Shown: positions 1 to 13,260, numbered from the whole stretch's first letter. The stretch is DNA of 63,686 bases, filler included, from Cirrosporium novae-zelandiae (GCA_026023565.1; 14 parts of 14 records of this genome joined end to end with filler, not necessarily neighbours in it); one strand, 5' to 3'. Program-made: numbers and translations. The notes: generated by a model from the sequence alone, not told the origin.

Positions 1-3000
1 AAGCTCGGGTGATTAACCTCCCTGACTTTGATATGGTTTTAGGACTGTCTTGGTTACGGAAACACGATCCGTATATCAAATGGAGCAATATGACAATGGA
101 GATCAGTGACGATATGAATCGCAAACATCGGTTACGGATGACCAAATTCCTTGGGAACTGTTTAAACTACCTAGGGATAACAGAAGGATCGGAGGAACTG
201 GACCAGGATAACCGCCTTATGACGTTTCACGAATCGAAAAAAGGCCTTCTTAAACAACACCCCGGACCTCCTATCGCACACCTTATGATAGTAAAACCAA
301 TTACGAATACTTCCTGTTGCGAACATAAATTAACTATACTTTCCAAAGACAAACCCTTACGAACATTCGCGAATAAATACCAAGATATATTTCGCGAAGA
401 TCTTCCTCCGCAATTACCACCTGAACGTGATATAGTTCATTCTATAGATACTGGCGACGCAAAACCAGTAAACATTAACGCTTATCCACTGTCTCCTATA
501 CATCTCGAAGAGCAAGCCCGACAGGTTGCGGATCTACTTGAGAAAGGACTCATTCGCGAATCCGCAAGCCCTTGGGGCTTCCCAGTCCTCTTTGTTAAGA
601 AACCAGAGGGCAAATGGAGGATGTGTATAGATTATCGAGCACTGAACGCAGTTACGACTCGTAACGGATACCCTTTACCACGGATAGATGAATGCCTCAA
701 AGCATTAGGCAAAGCCAAATACATGTCAAAATTAGACCTAACCAACGGATACTGGCAGGTCCGCGTTGCGGATCCTGATATTCCTAAAACGGCCTTTAAC
801 ACTAGACAAGGTAAGTTCGAATTTACGGCTATGCCATTTGGACTCGCAAACGCTCCTGCGACCTTTCAGACAATGATGAACCGTATACTACGGCCTTATC
901 TTGATAAGTTTGTGACGGTATACCTTGATGACGTTGTCATATATTCGCAAACGATAGAAGAACACCGACAACATCTACAAACGATCTTTGAACTTTTACG
1001 GAAGTACCAATTATTCGCAAAACCCTCTAAGTGTATATTAGGTGCGACTACTCTAGAGTTTTGCGGACATTTAGTAGGAAAAGGCGAGATACGCCCGATA
1101 AATTCCAAAGTCCAAGTAGTATTGGATTGGCCTATCCCTAAAAACGTTCACGAATTACGTCAATTTTTGGGACTCGCAACCTACTACCGTAAATATATTA
1201 AAGGATTCGCAAAGATCTGTGTCCCCTTATTCGAATTGTTGAAAGAAACCGATCAAGAAACACGGAATCGTAAATTCCGCAAAATAACTTGGACTGCTCA
1301 ATGTCAGCTAGCTTTTGAATACCTCAAACAACGTCTTACGGAAGAACCAGTTTTGCGACAGCCAGATCTAGACAAAGAATTCTGGATCGCAACAGACGCA
1401 AGTGACAGAGCTATCGGAGCAGAACTACTCCAACATGACGAGAAAGGCAAACTTCATCCAGTAGCTTATGATGGCCGCAAACTAGTACCCGCGGAAATCA
1501 ATTATCCAGTCCACGAAAAGGAACTACTCGCGATCAAACATGCATTACATACATGGAACTCATGGGTCCGCGAAGACCGAAAAATTGTGGTCTTAACCGA
1601 CCACGACAGTCTCAAATATATGAACACGATGCGGCACCCTTCGAAAAGACTCGCGAGATGGTTAGACGAATTCCAACAATGGACTTTAGATATTCGTTAT
1701 CGCAAAGGAACAGAGAATATAGTTCCAGATGCGTTGAGCCGTAGACCAGACTTTACGGCTAGTATTAATGTTATTCGTGGATTCAACGAAGAAGAATGGA
1801 TAGATACAATAGTGGCATATTTACGAGATAACACGCCACCCCCAGAACATCTTGCGGAAGATATTTTACAGTCCGCAAAAGATTTTAGATGGTATCCAGA
1901 AGAAGGGCTACATTTCGTATACGAAGAAGCAGAAGTCCCTTACTTGGAACCATTATTACGAGCAAACTTCTTAGAAGCGATGCACGAAGAATATGGACAT
2001 CTGGCTTACCCAGGGCTTTTAGGAGTTTTACGGCTCCGCGGCTGGTGGCCAGATATAGCTAAAGACGTACAAAGGTACGCGCATTGTTGTCCACAATGTC
2101 AGATTGCCCAACGTTCGCAACCTGGGCTAGAACGAGAGCTCCCGCGAACATTCGCAAGCTCTAAACTTCAACCATTCGATAGGTGGGGTATAGATCTTAT
2201 AGGATTGCTCCCTACGACACCCAACGGGAACCGCTGGATTATCACAGCCATTGATTTTGCGACTGGATGGCCAGTTGCGGAAGCAGTACAGAATGCCACC
2301 GAGGAAAGAATAGCACAATTTATTCACGAAAGGATATTCATGGATTACGGACCACCTAAGGAGATTTTATCGGATAATGGAGCGAATCTGTTAGGTAAAG
2401 CTGTCAAGCGATATGTAGAACTAATGGGTACGAGACACCGCAAAACTACTCCTTACCATCCGCGAACAAATGGAAAAGTGGAAAACCTAAATGGAACGTT
2501 AGGCCGTATGTTAACTAAGTATCTGGTAAATAAACCTACCATACTGTGGGACCAATATCTCCCGCAAGCTTTGTTTGCGACTCGCGTTCGAGTACATGCC
2601 AAAACACAGCAAAGCCCATACTATTTACTTTACGGACGACATCCAGGATTACCAGGAGACCCCAATACCATTAAACCTCTTTCATTAGAAGTTTCCGCGG
2701 AAGAACATGACAAACGTATTGCGGATATGATAGATGCAAGAACAGCTGCCAATATTAAGCTTGTAGAAACAGCAGTAGCTAGAGGGAAGCTGAAAGCTGA
2801 ACTCGTAAAACTACCATCGTTTCGTAAAGGCGACTGGGTTCTTGTCCGCAACGAAGCTCCACAGAAATTCGAAGCCAAATGGTTCGGACCATATGAGATC
2901 ATACGTGTTATGGCATTAGGAACATATCAACTGCGCGACCCGCAAGGATACATAGTCAAAAATCTTGTGAATGGCCAACGATTAATAGCAGCTCAAATAC

Positions 3001-3244
3001 CTGCGAGAATGGAAATAAAGGATTACTGGCAGAGTTCGCGAATGCAAGCTTTGTCTCGAAGAATCAACCAAGCCCAAGCGTCCCAAGAATTCAATCAGGA
3101 ATTGGAGGTTGAAGTAGAAACACCAACGTTTGCGGAACTCGCAGACAGTCGACGTACAGGTGTACGTCCCCTTTTAGTAAGGGAGGAAGAGGCTAGGATA
3201 CAGCAACCGCAAAAAGCTGTAACGCTACCCTCAGTTGTGACGGT
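1..3244 (+). mobile_element. pol: Ty3/Gypsy LTR retrotransposon pol (RT-RNaseH-integrase), partial, uninterrupted
   Basis: RT motifs (WRMCIDYRALN, LDLTNGYWQ, MPFGLANAPATFQ, YLDD), RNase H (TDASD, EKELLA, TDH, DALSR), integrase HHCC plus DDE core (WGIDLIG, SDNG, NGKVEN) and GPY/F motif. RT-RH-IN order is Gypsy. The first 127 bp are identical to 30526-30652. Confidence 0.97.
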
Positions 3245-3344
3245 NNNNNNNNNNNNNNNNNNNNNNNNNNNNNNNNNNNNNNNNNNNNTTAATTAATTAA
3301 NNNNNNNNNNNNNNNNNNNNNNNNNNNNNNNNNNNNNNNNNNNN
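3245..3344. other. Artificial contig linker N-TTAATTAATTAA-N (first of 13)
   Basis: Same ~100-bp spacer with stops in all six frames recurs at 6500, 9620, 12626, 15456, 18024, 20445, 22731, 24973, 27199, 29319, 30653 and 31825. The contigs decrease in size. Confidence 0.99.
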
Positions 3345-5274
3345 CTATCCTGCGAAATGTTACTATGGCCAATGGTGCCTCTGATACAAAAGCGATGAAC
3401 CGTGAAACGTTTTGTCGTCTATTCCGAGCTATAATCCGTAACGCCGGATACTATGAGAATATCACCATTCATACTCTCCGTCGTGGTCTTGCAAATAAGG
3501 TTAATAGTAAGTGTGATTTTTTTCTAATTTAGAACAATTATTTCTAATGAGTTCTGTTGCTATTGTTTTTTTTTTTTTTTTCCGCTAGAAATTTTATTAA
3601 TGAATGAATTTCATAGAGGTTGCCACGGAATCAGAGCGGTCACAGATTTTAACCTACAAAGACCCCAACCTTTTTGGTAATGAGTATATCGCGCATCTTT
3701 CATCTATCGATGCACAGGCAATCTTTGTTGATGATATATCTAACACAGAATATATCAAACATTTTCAAAATGTCGGCAAATATCGTCAGATCGGTTTACC
3801 TTGCTATTTGCCTGCCGAACGGAAGGCAGCTCTCTCACAGGATCCGGATTTGCTCGATCTCAGGCGGCAGCTCCAGCAATTGGTCGAAAAAAATTCCGAT
3901 AAATGTGTCATCTCTACAGCCAAAAAACAATTTTTTGTTTATCAATCGCGTCTTAAGCCAGAGGCCCTGAAACAGTACCGCCAGAAATGGATTCGGACTC
4001 GGTTGGAAAGGGAGGTGCTGTCTTTTACGACCGGCCCTCCTGATGATTTTGTCAATACGGATTTTGTCGAAAACTTTTACCTACTTATACCCGAACGTAA
4101 ACGGCTAGCTATAACAATCAACTCGGAGAAAAGACTATCTTCCGAGGAGAAATTACAAACCACACAAGATTTGCTTTCTCTCTGTGTTCGAAATTTCGAT
4201 ATTATATATCGGCCAGGGGAACAACCCTCCCAGAGAACCTGTCCGGTGAACGGGTATAGCCTTTCATTAGACCGGTAACGTTGTCATCAACCCAGAGATC
4301 CGTTCCAGACTGACAGTCGTAGTATTGCGCGCTCTCGCCGCAGTAGCCATATTCATTTTTGCCGGCGCCGGGAATTTGCTGTCGTACATGGTTGTCCGGA
4401 ATGTGAGCTGCATTACTGCTTTCAGTGTTTCCAGTGGTACCACGAGGAAAACCAATGGGAAGCTCATTGCCGAGAATATCTTTCTTCGACTATTACTCGG
4501 CGGTGTGAAATTAGTACCTATTGCCACATTTTCATCCGTCCGGCATACTGTCCCATCTGTTTGGGGGACGAGAATATCCCTGCAGCGTCTCGGATGAAAT
4601 CGTGGACCCGAAATAGTGACTTATGGAAACATCTGAATCAGTATCTTCAAACTATTCAGTCTCGATGGCCCGCTTCCTGTCCTCACCCTCGATGTGATTG
4701 CCAGGTCGTCGACGAACAATCATTTCGCTATCATTTCAGTGATGTCCACGGCCTGCGACAGCGTTGGGGTGCCCAACAACACGAGCCGAAACAGAATGAG
4801 ACTACACCAGTTTCTATCCCGGAAGAGATCTTCGATCATGCTCCCGTGGAGCCAACACGGAAGCGGAAACGGCGGGAAAAACCATCATCTGAAAATTCAG
4901 CTCCTGATTCGGAATTTCCGAAACCGAGAAGGAGTCGAAGGATCGCCCTTATATTGAACAAAAAAAACATAAGCTCTGCTTCAAGCTCATCCTCTGTCGA
5001 TCAATCGCATAATCCTGGTCCCAGACTCTCTCTGGCCACTATAACTGAAAGCGGGTTTTCTGAGACGATGCCGTATTATCCAGATAATTTCACCACTTTG
5101 TCATATACCCCCACTCCTGATATAGTTTCTTCCATATCAGAATCCTGTTCTTCTATTGAAAATAATATCCAGAATATACCCGGATCGCCTTCTATGGCTG
5201 AATCACCCCTAACTGATATCTCGATGGATTCGATTCCAATTGACCCCCGCCTACTGCTGGAATTTAAAGAATAA
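3345..5274 (+). pseudogene. DUF3435-type tyrosine recombinase (Starship captain-like), 3' part, RIP-mutated copy
   Basis: Spliced translation ...AGYYENITIHTLRRGLANKVN|KVATESERSQILTYKDPNLFGNEY..., followed by Cys/His-rich zinc-finger-like blocks. Differs from the 13526-15455 copy mostly by C>T/G>A; the putative catalytic His is CAC>TAC at 3655. Confidence 0.72.
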
Positions 5275-5543
5275 CAAATAATTGGCTCATCTAGAATCCA
5301 GATGTATCTATCCTGTAACAATTTGCCTTTTTATTTTTATCTAGTTCTCTTTTTAATACCGTTAAACATGTTGCTTATCAGGCCAGTAAGTTTTGTCCAT
5401 CTAGACTGGGACTATAGTCTTATATAAACGAAAGTTTTCTGCCACGGGCGGGGTATAGCTAGTACAACCACATATATATTGTTTTTATGAAATATCTTCT
5501 ATCTATTTGATTTTGTTTCATATCTAGACCTGACTTAGTTCAG

Positions 5544-6150
5544 TTTAACGAATTTATAGAATGGAGATCGGGCCTTAAAATTCCTAATTGGGCTATCGTC
5601 TCATCAATTCCTGATGAGCATTGAAAAAGTATATTTTTTAAATACTCTTTTTCCGTTATATATCTCTGAATTTCTTTTTGGAGTTGTTGAGTTTCTTATG
5701 TTTTTTGATCAATAGTTAGTTTTGCAAATTAGTTCAATCTCGATTCTACTGAAGCTCGCTCTTTCTATTGCTGTAATTCGTTTATTAATCGATTATTATC
5801 GTTTTCCAATTCTTGGATTCGTGCTGCAAAACTAACACCAGGTTGGGTGAGACATATCTGTTCGGGAAAAAATCAGATCAAAATTCATGAGGACAGAATC
5901 ATGATGAATCTACTTTTATTTCTGAGGAATTTTCCGGACAACTGTCTTCATTATTCAGTTTTTGAAAACCTTTTGAGGCATCTGCCGGTACTGCCTCAAA
6001 CGAGACTCCCATTTCATGATATAGTGTTTTGTATACTCCGATTGAATATTTGCTCATATGTTGCTTAAAAAGATGCATTTTTTCAGGGAGAACGGCCCAT
6101 GCGTAAGGATCATTGGGTCGAGGAATTAGGCGTATTTCCGATAGCTGCAC
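5544..6150 (-). pseudogene. Small coiled-coil hypothetical gene convergent with the recombinase, RIP-mutated
   Basis: Homologous to 12726-13260 with C>T/G>A changes that create stops. Confidence 0.5.
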
Positions 6151-6599
6151 GGTCAGTCCTAATTGCTTTTCTTTTTGTTTTTATCAGTAATCTGGGTCTT
6201 TGTTAGGATTTCATTGATTATACCAATATATTTTGATAATTCCACTCGGCATTTATTTCTCCACTCGGCACGCTGCTTATTGCATGGTCGCGGTATAACC
6301 ATTATCTAAAAAGAACAATCCTAGAAAAAGATCTAGCTTCTGTCTGTTCTTAAGGATATATAACTTAGTTATTTCCGGAACAACAAGGAGACTTTTTGGC
6401 AAAACAATTTTGAGAAGAAAGAAAGATTATAAATTTGAAAAATAACCAGAAATTTACTAGGAAATTATGAGAATAAAAATAACCGGCCATTCATGAGGGN
6501 NNNNNNNNNNNNNNNNNNNNNNNNNNNNNNNNNNNNNNNNNNNTTAATTAATTAANNNNNNNNNNNNNNNNNNNNNNNNNNNNNNNNNNNNNNNNNNNN

Positions 6600-7001
6600 G
6601 GAAGACCATTGCCGGAGGACTATGCTATCCGAGACCAAATATGGGCACAATGGTATTATCCTGATAATTGGTTCGAAAAAGATGGAAAGCCTAAAGTTGA
6701 CGAGGAAGAGCGCTCTTTTGATCTTCTTTCCATGGCAGAACCTCGTCTGGAACGGATCCTATACCTGGCTTTTCGAATTGCCTCTTTCAAAAAGTGGTTG
6801 ATTTACGACAAGAACTCGACCCTGTTCTCAGTATGTATACACGATTCTGATTCTCGGTCCCGGTCCAGCGCCACTGGGGAAGGAAAAAATGATACCACTA
6901 TAACAGGGACTGACGAACCTCAACAAAAAATAGAAATATCTATCTTTACTTTTCCTACAATCAATACCGGATATATAACCACTCATATTGAATCAAGCTA
7001 G
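6600..7001 (+). CDS. C-terminal fragment of a fungal Est1/Ebs1-like DNA/RNA-binding protein, degenerate downstream
   Basis: PLPEDYAIRDQIWAQWYYPDNWF...DEEERSFDLLSMAEPRLERILYLAFRIAS resembles the conserved PLPED..RG..W...ERILWL block of fungal Est1-domain proteins (from memory). Confidence 0.5.
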   Translation, partial: GRPLPEDYAIRDQIWAQWYYPDNWFEKDGKPKVDEEERSFDLLSMAEPRLERILYLAFRIASFKKWLIYDKNSTLFSVCIHDSDSRSRSSATGEGKNDTTITGTDEPQQKIEISIFTFPTINTGYITTHIESS

Positions 7002-7184
7002 ACAAACATTGAAGAGGAACTTCTTCGATCCCAAAATGACGATAGGAACGCGCTAATTATTACTCCTTTTATTATATTCTGGTTATATTCCTTTCCCTTT
7101 AACCGAGATAATAATTTAACGGCAGCCCCACAACCATTTTTATTGGAAACAGAGTATAATTCGAAAACGGTTCCAGAATCCCCT

Positions 7185-7668
7185 TAAAAATAAGACCTTA
7201 TCCTGATTTTGTTGGTTTTTCGGTGTAGTATCAAATCTGTAAGTATCTTTTTCTCTAAAGGGTGGAAGCCTTGTTTAGAGTAACGTTGGATATTTTGTCT
7301 CTCGTTTTTTGTAGGAGTTCGGATTCGTGCTGAGACTATGAGCGAAAAATACAAGAAGTGAGGCGTTATATTATCTGTCGCTGGTATTTGGTCGGCATTA
7401 CTGTTTTTAATATATTTTGATTGGACAAGGTCGACGGGGATTCGTATTATTGTCAAAGCTTCTGTATATCATTATTGAAAGGCTGGGGACTGTAACACCC
7501 GAGCTCCGCAAGTAATGTTCGATGAACCTCGGCAGGGATAAAGTCAATCGATTTTCCGCTGAACCAATGAATTAGGCTCTGGCTCTCGAGTAGCGGGTAA
7601 CAACGGCCGCAGGTCGGATAATCCGTTCCGCGGGCAACGACCCGAATCTCGAGCAAATCAGAAGCCAT
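7185..7668 (-). pseudogene. Hypothetical ORF broken by multiple stops (RIP-like)
   Basis: MASDLLEIRVVARG... keeps reading as plausible protein through several TAA/TAG/TGA stops. Confidence 0.3.
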
Positions 7669-8062
7669 ATTTAACCGAGACTTTCATTAATTCACAAACT
7701 CTCCCTTAGACTTCCTATGCTTCTAGTTCCGTTTGGCCATCCGTTGCATATTTTTCCAGTGCTCTATTTCCTTGCAGAGGCCTAGCAATCTTAGTACTAT
7801 TACCATAGTTTCCATCCCACTGTCCTTCAGTCCTTGATTTAATATACAGTGGCACTGATCCCTGACACTGCTGTTTGGTGCAACAGAATATCGTCATATT
7901 TCTTCTCTCTCGCTAGCATATATTCTGTGGTATATAAGGGAGTGAGCCTACTTTGCTATATAATAGCCTTTATCAATTTTATATGCAACACAGCTTTAAC
8001 TCTTTTGTAATATTGCCTCGACACGAAATAATTGAGCAGCAGTAATAGAAACTGTAAACTCA

Positions 8063-9325
8063 ATGACTTTCAATATGACCCTCCAACCGATGAACTCTGC
8101 TCCGCGCAGAATGACTGTTTGGGATCTTAATCCAAACATGTCTTACTTCTCTAATATTTCTACACCAACTTCCCTGTCCGTTTGTCCAATCCCGCATTCA
8201 GAGACTGACTTTTTCGTGAATACTGCGAATATGGTAGCCCAGGACAACACTGTCATGGCAGGATACCAATCAATTGAGGAACCAACGATGTTTACACCCC
8301 CAAGTATCATTGGCGGAGTTTCACAAGTATCCGAGACCAAGGACGCAGTAGTTCATATCTCTCGATACCTGCCATTGAAGCACGAAAACCAATCTCCTGT
8401 CTATTCAGTTCCGCCGCAATGGGAGACCTGTTGGGCTCCTCACACCAACGGAACTTCGATCTACAGGGAAACTCAATTCAATACCGAGGTCGACACATTG
8501 ATGAAAGTTATTCAATCTAAGATAAAGCCTGGGAGGTCGGCTCCGCAACAGACAATAATGGCTCCACAAACTGATGTTCCTTTCAATCCGAGTATTCAGG
8601 ACACCCAAAACTTTACCACCTTCACTCGATTTCAGAACGATAGAGGGCAAACGAAGTATCACTGTACATTCTCTAGCTGTGACAGAAAATTTTCTCAGAA
8701 GACGCAGCTGGAGATTCATATGCGAGCGCATACTGGAGAAAAGCCGTATGTGCGTTGACCAAATTTCAGATGCTCTGGATCTGGACAGAATGGACTAACC
8801 ATTCTCTTCCAGTTTTGTAGGGAGCCTTCTTGCGGACAACGATTCTCCCAATCCGGAAACTTGAAAGTAAAGACTCCTTGACAGCTCCAAGGGTAAAAAT
8901 GCTGCCACTAATCTATATATGGTAGACACACGAAAAACGCTATACCGGTGAACGCCCTTACTCCTGTAAAATTTGTGGAAAACGGTTTGTTTAACGAGAT
9001 AATATTCGCGCCTATTATATCGTACACGAATAGTATAAACCTTTTACATGCAAACTCGATAATTGCAGGAAATATTTCATTCAATTAGGCAATTTCAAGG
9101 TCCTGGCTATTCTATTCAGTCATATCCAGTGTCCAAAGCTGATAGCTATTGTAGTCCCACTAAAATAAATTTTATAGGATCACCCTGCAATATCTTATTT
9201 GCAGATTTAACTCTATCAATCTAGATAATATTCTTTCTGCTCCAGATATAGAGTTTTGGGAATATTTCGCTAAACTTTATAAGAATAGCAACAAAGGTAT
9301 TATAGGCCGGGGGAAAAAAAATTGA
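8063..9325 (+). pseudogene. Azf1-like C2H2 zinc-finger transcription factor, 3' half RIP-inactivated
   Basis: Motifs FNTEVDTLMKVIQ, CTFSSCDRKFSQKTQLEIHMRAHTGEKPY, later TGERPYSC..CGKRF, CKLDNC..F.QLGNFK and terminal LYKNSNKGI.GRGK. His>Tyr and Gln>stop changes appear after ~8930; GT-AG introns. Confidence 0.8.
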
Positions 9326-9719
9326 AGCGTGAGATTAAATTAAAATGGCGTATGGAAACTATGGTTTATTGTTTTTCCGTGGTCGAGACTTTATCGTGAA
9401 CCCTTTGCAAGTTTAACGAAATCTCAGATTAGATTAGATGCAATATAAATATAATTTTCAATTGCTAGGCAAAATATTCTGCTTGCTGTACTATCTTACA
9501 GATTTGAAACTTCTTAAAGTGGGAGAGAAGAAGTCTGGAAGCAGAAATTCAAAAGAGAGTCGCGCGACTTTTCAGAAATCCTAGAAAACAGAAACCCTAG
9601 GAAAGTAGAAATCCCAGGANNNNNNNNNNNNNNNNNNNNNNNNNNNNNNNNNNNNNNNNNNNNTTAATTAATTAANNNNNNNNNNNNNNNNNNNNNNNNN
9701 NNNNNNNNNNNNNNNNNNN

Positions 9720-9935
9720 AAGGGTAAGTCACAGGGCCCTTGCCCCCAAGCGCTATTCTTGGAGCATAGAAGAAGAGTAGGGTCAATAAACCCCTACCCC
9801 CAGCCGCTGTTCTTGGAATACAGAAGATAGGTAGGGTCACAAAGCCCTTGCTCCCAAATGCTGTTCTTGGAGTACAGAAGAAGGGTGGGGTTAATATAAG
9901 CGCCGTTCTTGGAATATAGACGAAGGGTAGGGTCA
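9720..9935 (+). repeat. ~54-bp hairpin-containing tandem repeats (shorter variant of 27830-28170)
   Basis: Units TTCTTGGA..CAGAAGAAGGGTAGGGTCA..AAACCCCTACCCC..GCTG; two units fewer than the other copy. Confidence 0.8.
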
Positions 9936-10500
9936 TCATCTCAAAACGCCATGTTTGGAGGCCAGGGGAAGAGGTCGGGTCATAGGAAAAAAGAATCCCT
10001 AGAGGAATAGAAAGCAAGACTGAAATTAGAAAATATTACGTGATTTGAAGGTGGGTGAAGCGCCCATGAAAAACTCTGCTCCAACCAGAGCGAGCGTATA
10101 GTAAATATCAAATAAAATAGCATTGTAAATAGGATATTGCTGTAAATATAAAAGTCAGCCCAGTAAAAATCTAAAAGTAGTAAATCTTATTCTAAAGCGC
10201 CGGCGCTTAAGTTGAATATGATGTGGTTATTGGGCGGGACCTCAGTTGTGATGCCTCTATTGAATGGTGGCCACCAGCTTTCAAAGTACTGGGTGATAAT
10301 GGGCCCCTGTTCTGCATACAAAGTGGAATAAAGTTATGTTTTGATTAAAACGGCATTTATGTAATTAATGAATGATCCACCACCAAAAATACGCCGTACT
10401 ACAGAGTATTCTAAAACGGAAACCACTTAAATATTTGCTACTAACCTCTGTATTGTCGGCATGTATACCTGATTTCAAAATCTTTTACCATTTCTAGTTT

Positions 10501-12625
10501 ATGGTTGAACTCTCTACCAGCAATCTCGAAGCGATCAAGACTTTTTCTATCAAAAATGAGCTTACTCTTTTCTGTATTAAATCGAAATCGAAATATTTTA
10601 ACTCCCATGCCAGCTTTGAGGAGGCTATCGATCAAATCTTACGCGACAAATCCAGCTTAAGTACGTAACAACTCTCGGATTGACGACACAACTAATGAAT
10701 TGTAGATGGGAAAGATCTAGTGCTTGATTTTATTTTGGCCCTTCAAAATTCGTTGGTGACCAGATTTTTTATTAGTGATCTTTTCCGTTTTGGATCATAG
10801 GTTACCTCAAATACAGTTAATTTTGAAATTTTTGCCGTTCTTCTGAAGTCTGTCTTCATCGATACCGAAGATACGGAAATATGGGCGGCTTTTATTTATT
10901 TTATTACCCAGACAAGGCCGGCTCCACAGCCAAGAACCCCTCCACCGTTTCTTCCATTCTTCGTATCCTCCGTTCAGCAAACACCATGGTCCTTCAACAC
11001 AAGCCAATTTGCGAACACATCCGAATTTAGAGAACATATTGATCCTATACTCAAGTCGGAGATGGAAGGCAACTTAATAATCGATCATCCGCACTTTTTT
11101 GATGTATACTTCGGTGGTGTGACTCAGTTGAAGGAAATATCTCAAATGGTGTTTGAAATATGCAAAAATATAGAGCCTCCGTTATATACGGAAGATACCG
11201 GTTGGTTAGATTGGCCAGAGGGCTGTGCAGAGACAGAAGTGTTACGCTGGCTCCGGAAACAGATCGGTCAGTTTGTCCTATTTGCAAAAGACTATGGCTT
11301 CCAATCTCTAAGTTGCCGACGATGCTTTACCACACCAAATAAACCAATACATGGATCGGTCAATAAACGAAAACTAGATATAGGTATCAAATATGACCTA
11401 AAAAGTGGAGATTAAGATTGGCAAGAGGAGCCCGGAAATAATGAAAATGAGTTGAGCGCAGATTGGTCCAAGATTCTTGTGTCTGGAGAGCTGAAATCTA
11501 ATCCCCAAAAAAACAATCACAATAGCACCTGGTTAAATCTCACTCGATATATGCGAGAAATATTTAAAGCACAGGATACGCGCCGATTTGCCCTTGGTTT
11601 TACTTTTTGCGGATCATTACTGCGACTCTGGGAATTCGATCGACTGGGAGGAATTGCATCTCCATCGTTCGATATCCAGAAAGACGGTCTCAAGTTGGTA
11701 TCTGTCATATTAGGTTATCTGTGGATGGATAATAAAGAACTGGGATTTGACTCGAGTGTTTCCCGAGAAAACAACACCAAATATCTAGAAATTTCAAAGA
11801 ACAACTAAGTGGAACGGTTGTATCTGGAAATATTGATAATGCGCTACGCTGCTATGGTCGGTCGAGCAACGATCTGTTGGAAAGTTTATTTTAGTAAAAA
11901 CAAAATGCAGGTTCTGGCAGTTAAGGATTCTTGGTAATACGAGGAACGACCGGAGGAGGGTCTGTTGTTGAAGAAAGCAACTGAACTCGGAGTGATTAAT
12001 ATGGTACGATATTATTGTCATGAAACTGTGTACGTGGGAGGTGCTGTTGACGATATCCGCTATAATGTGCGAAAAGGGTTAAAAGAAGAAGATAGGAGGA
12101 GTGTATTCCGACAGCGACGGACGATCAAATCCGAAACTATTATAGGATCCATCACGCCTGGAGATTCAATGATAGAGAGATTCAAGAGCAACAGCAGCAG
12201 CAGGAGCAGAAATATCACCCGAAAACGGTTATTAAGCTCGCTCCAAATATCTATGCCACCGCCCCCAAAACGTTCATGTTCAACCTTTCCGGTCAAACAA
12301 GACCGAGCCCGACCGCAACAGAATCGTGTCCATCGTCGTGTGGTGATGCGTGATATTGGGAAGAGCATCTACTTAGCCAGCTTTCGAGTGGCGACGCTTA
12401 GAGGACTACTGGGGGCGATTAGAAGTAAATATATAAAAAATATTTTATAGCTTCACTAATGGGTTTAGGACATGAATCACTGTTGGATATCCATATTTTT
12501 CATCGCGATATATCAGCTGGCAATATTATGCTGAATAAGGCAGAGGATGACGGGTTTTTAATCGACCTGGACCTTGCCATTGAAACCAATCGCAAAGAGG
12601 CGTCGGGTGCACCGACTAAAACCGG
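10501..12625 (+). pseudogene. FunK1 (Pkinase_fungal) kinase, RIP-inactivated copy
   Basis: GELKSN, RRFALGFTFCGSLLRLWEFDRLG, HRDISAGNIML, GFLIDLDLA. Premature stops from CAA/CAG at ~10798, 11413, 11806 and 11936 relative to the intact copies. Confidence 0.9.
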
Positions 12626-12725
12626 NNNNNNNNNNNNNNNNNNNNNNNNNNNNNNNNNNNNNNNNNNNNTTAATTAATTAANNNNNNNNNNNNNNNNNNN
12701 NNNNNNNNNNNNNNNNNNNNNNNNN

Positions 12726-13260
12726 ACCTTTTTAAGCAACATATGAGCAAACATTCAATCGGAGCATACAAAACACTATGTCATGAAGTGGGAGTCTCGT
12801 TTGAGGCAGTACCGGCAGATGCCTCAAAGGGTTTTCAAAAACTGGATAATGAAGACAGTTGTCCGGAAAATTCCTCAGAAACAAAAGTAGATTCATCATG
12901 ATTCTGTCCTCATGAATTTTGATCTGATTTTTTCCCGAACAGATATGTCTCACCCAACCTGGTGTTAGTTTTGCAGCACGAATCCAAGAATTGGAAAGCG
13001 ACAATAATCGATTAACAAACGAATTACAGCAATGGAAAGAGCGAGCTTCAGCAGAGTCGAGATTGAACCAATTTGCAAAACTAACTATTGATCAGAGAAC
13101 ACAAGAAACTCAACAACTCCAAAAGGAAATTCAGAGATATATAACGGAGAAAGAGCATTTAAAAAATATACTTTTTCAATGCTCATCAGGAATTGATGAG
13201 ACGATAGCCCAATTAGGAATTTTAAGGCCCGATCTCCATTCTATAAATTCGTTAAACTGA
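12726..13260 (+). CDS. Hypothetical coiled-coil protein, partial, one predicted intron (~12887-12942)
   Basis: Open exons ...RIQELESDNNRLTNELQQWKERA...; conserved next to the recombinase in both copies. Confidence 0.5.

Noticed and set aside
3179..3244. Polypurine tract and 3' LTR start
   Set aside because: The purine run AAGGGAGGAAGAGG is not directly followed by TG and the contig ends, so the boundary cannot be fixed.
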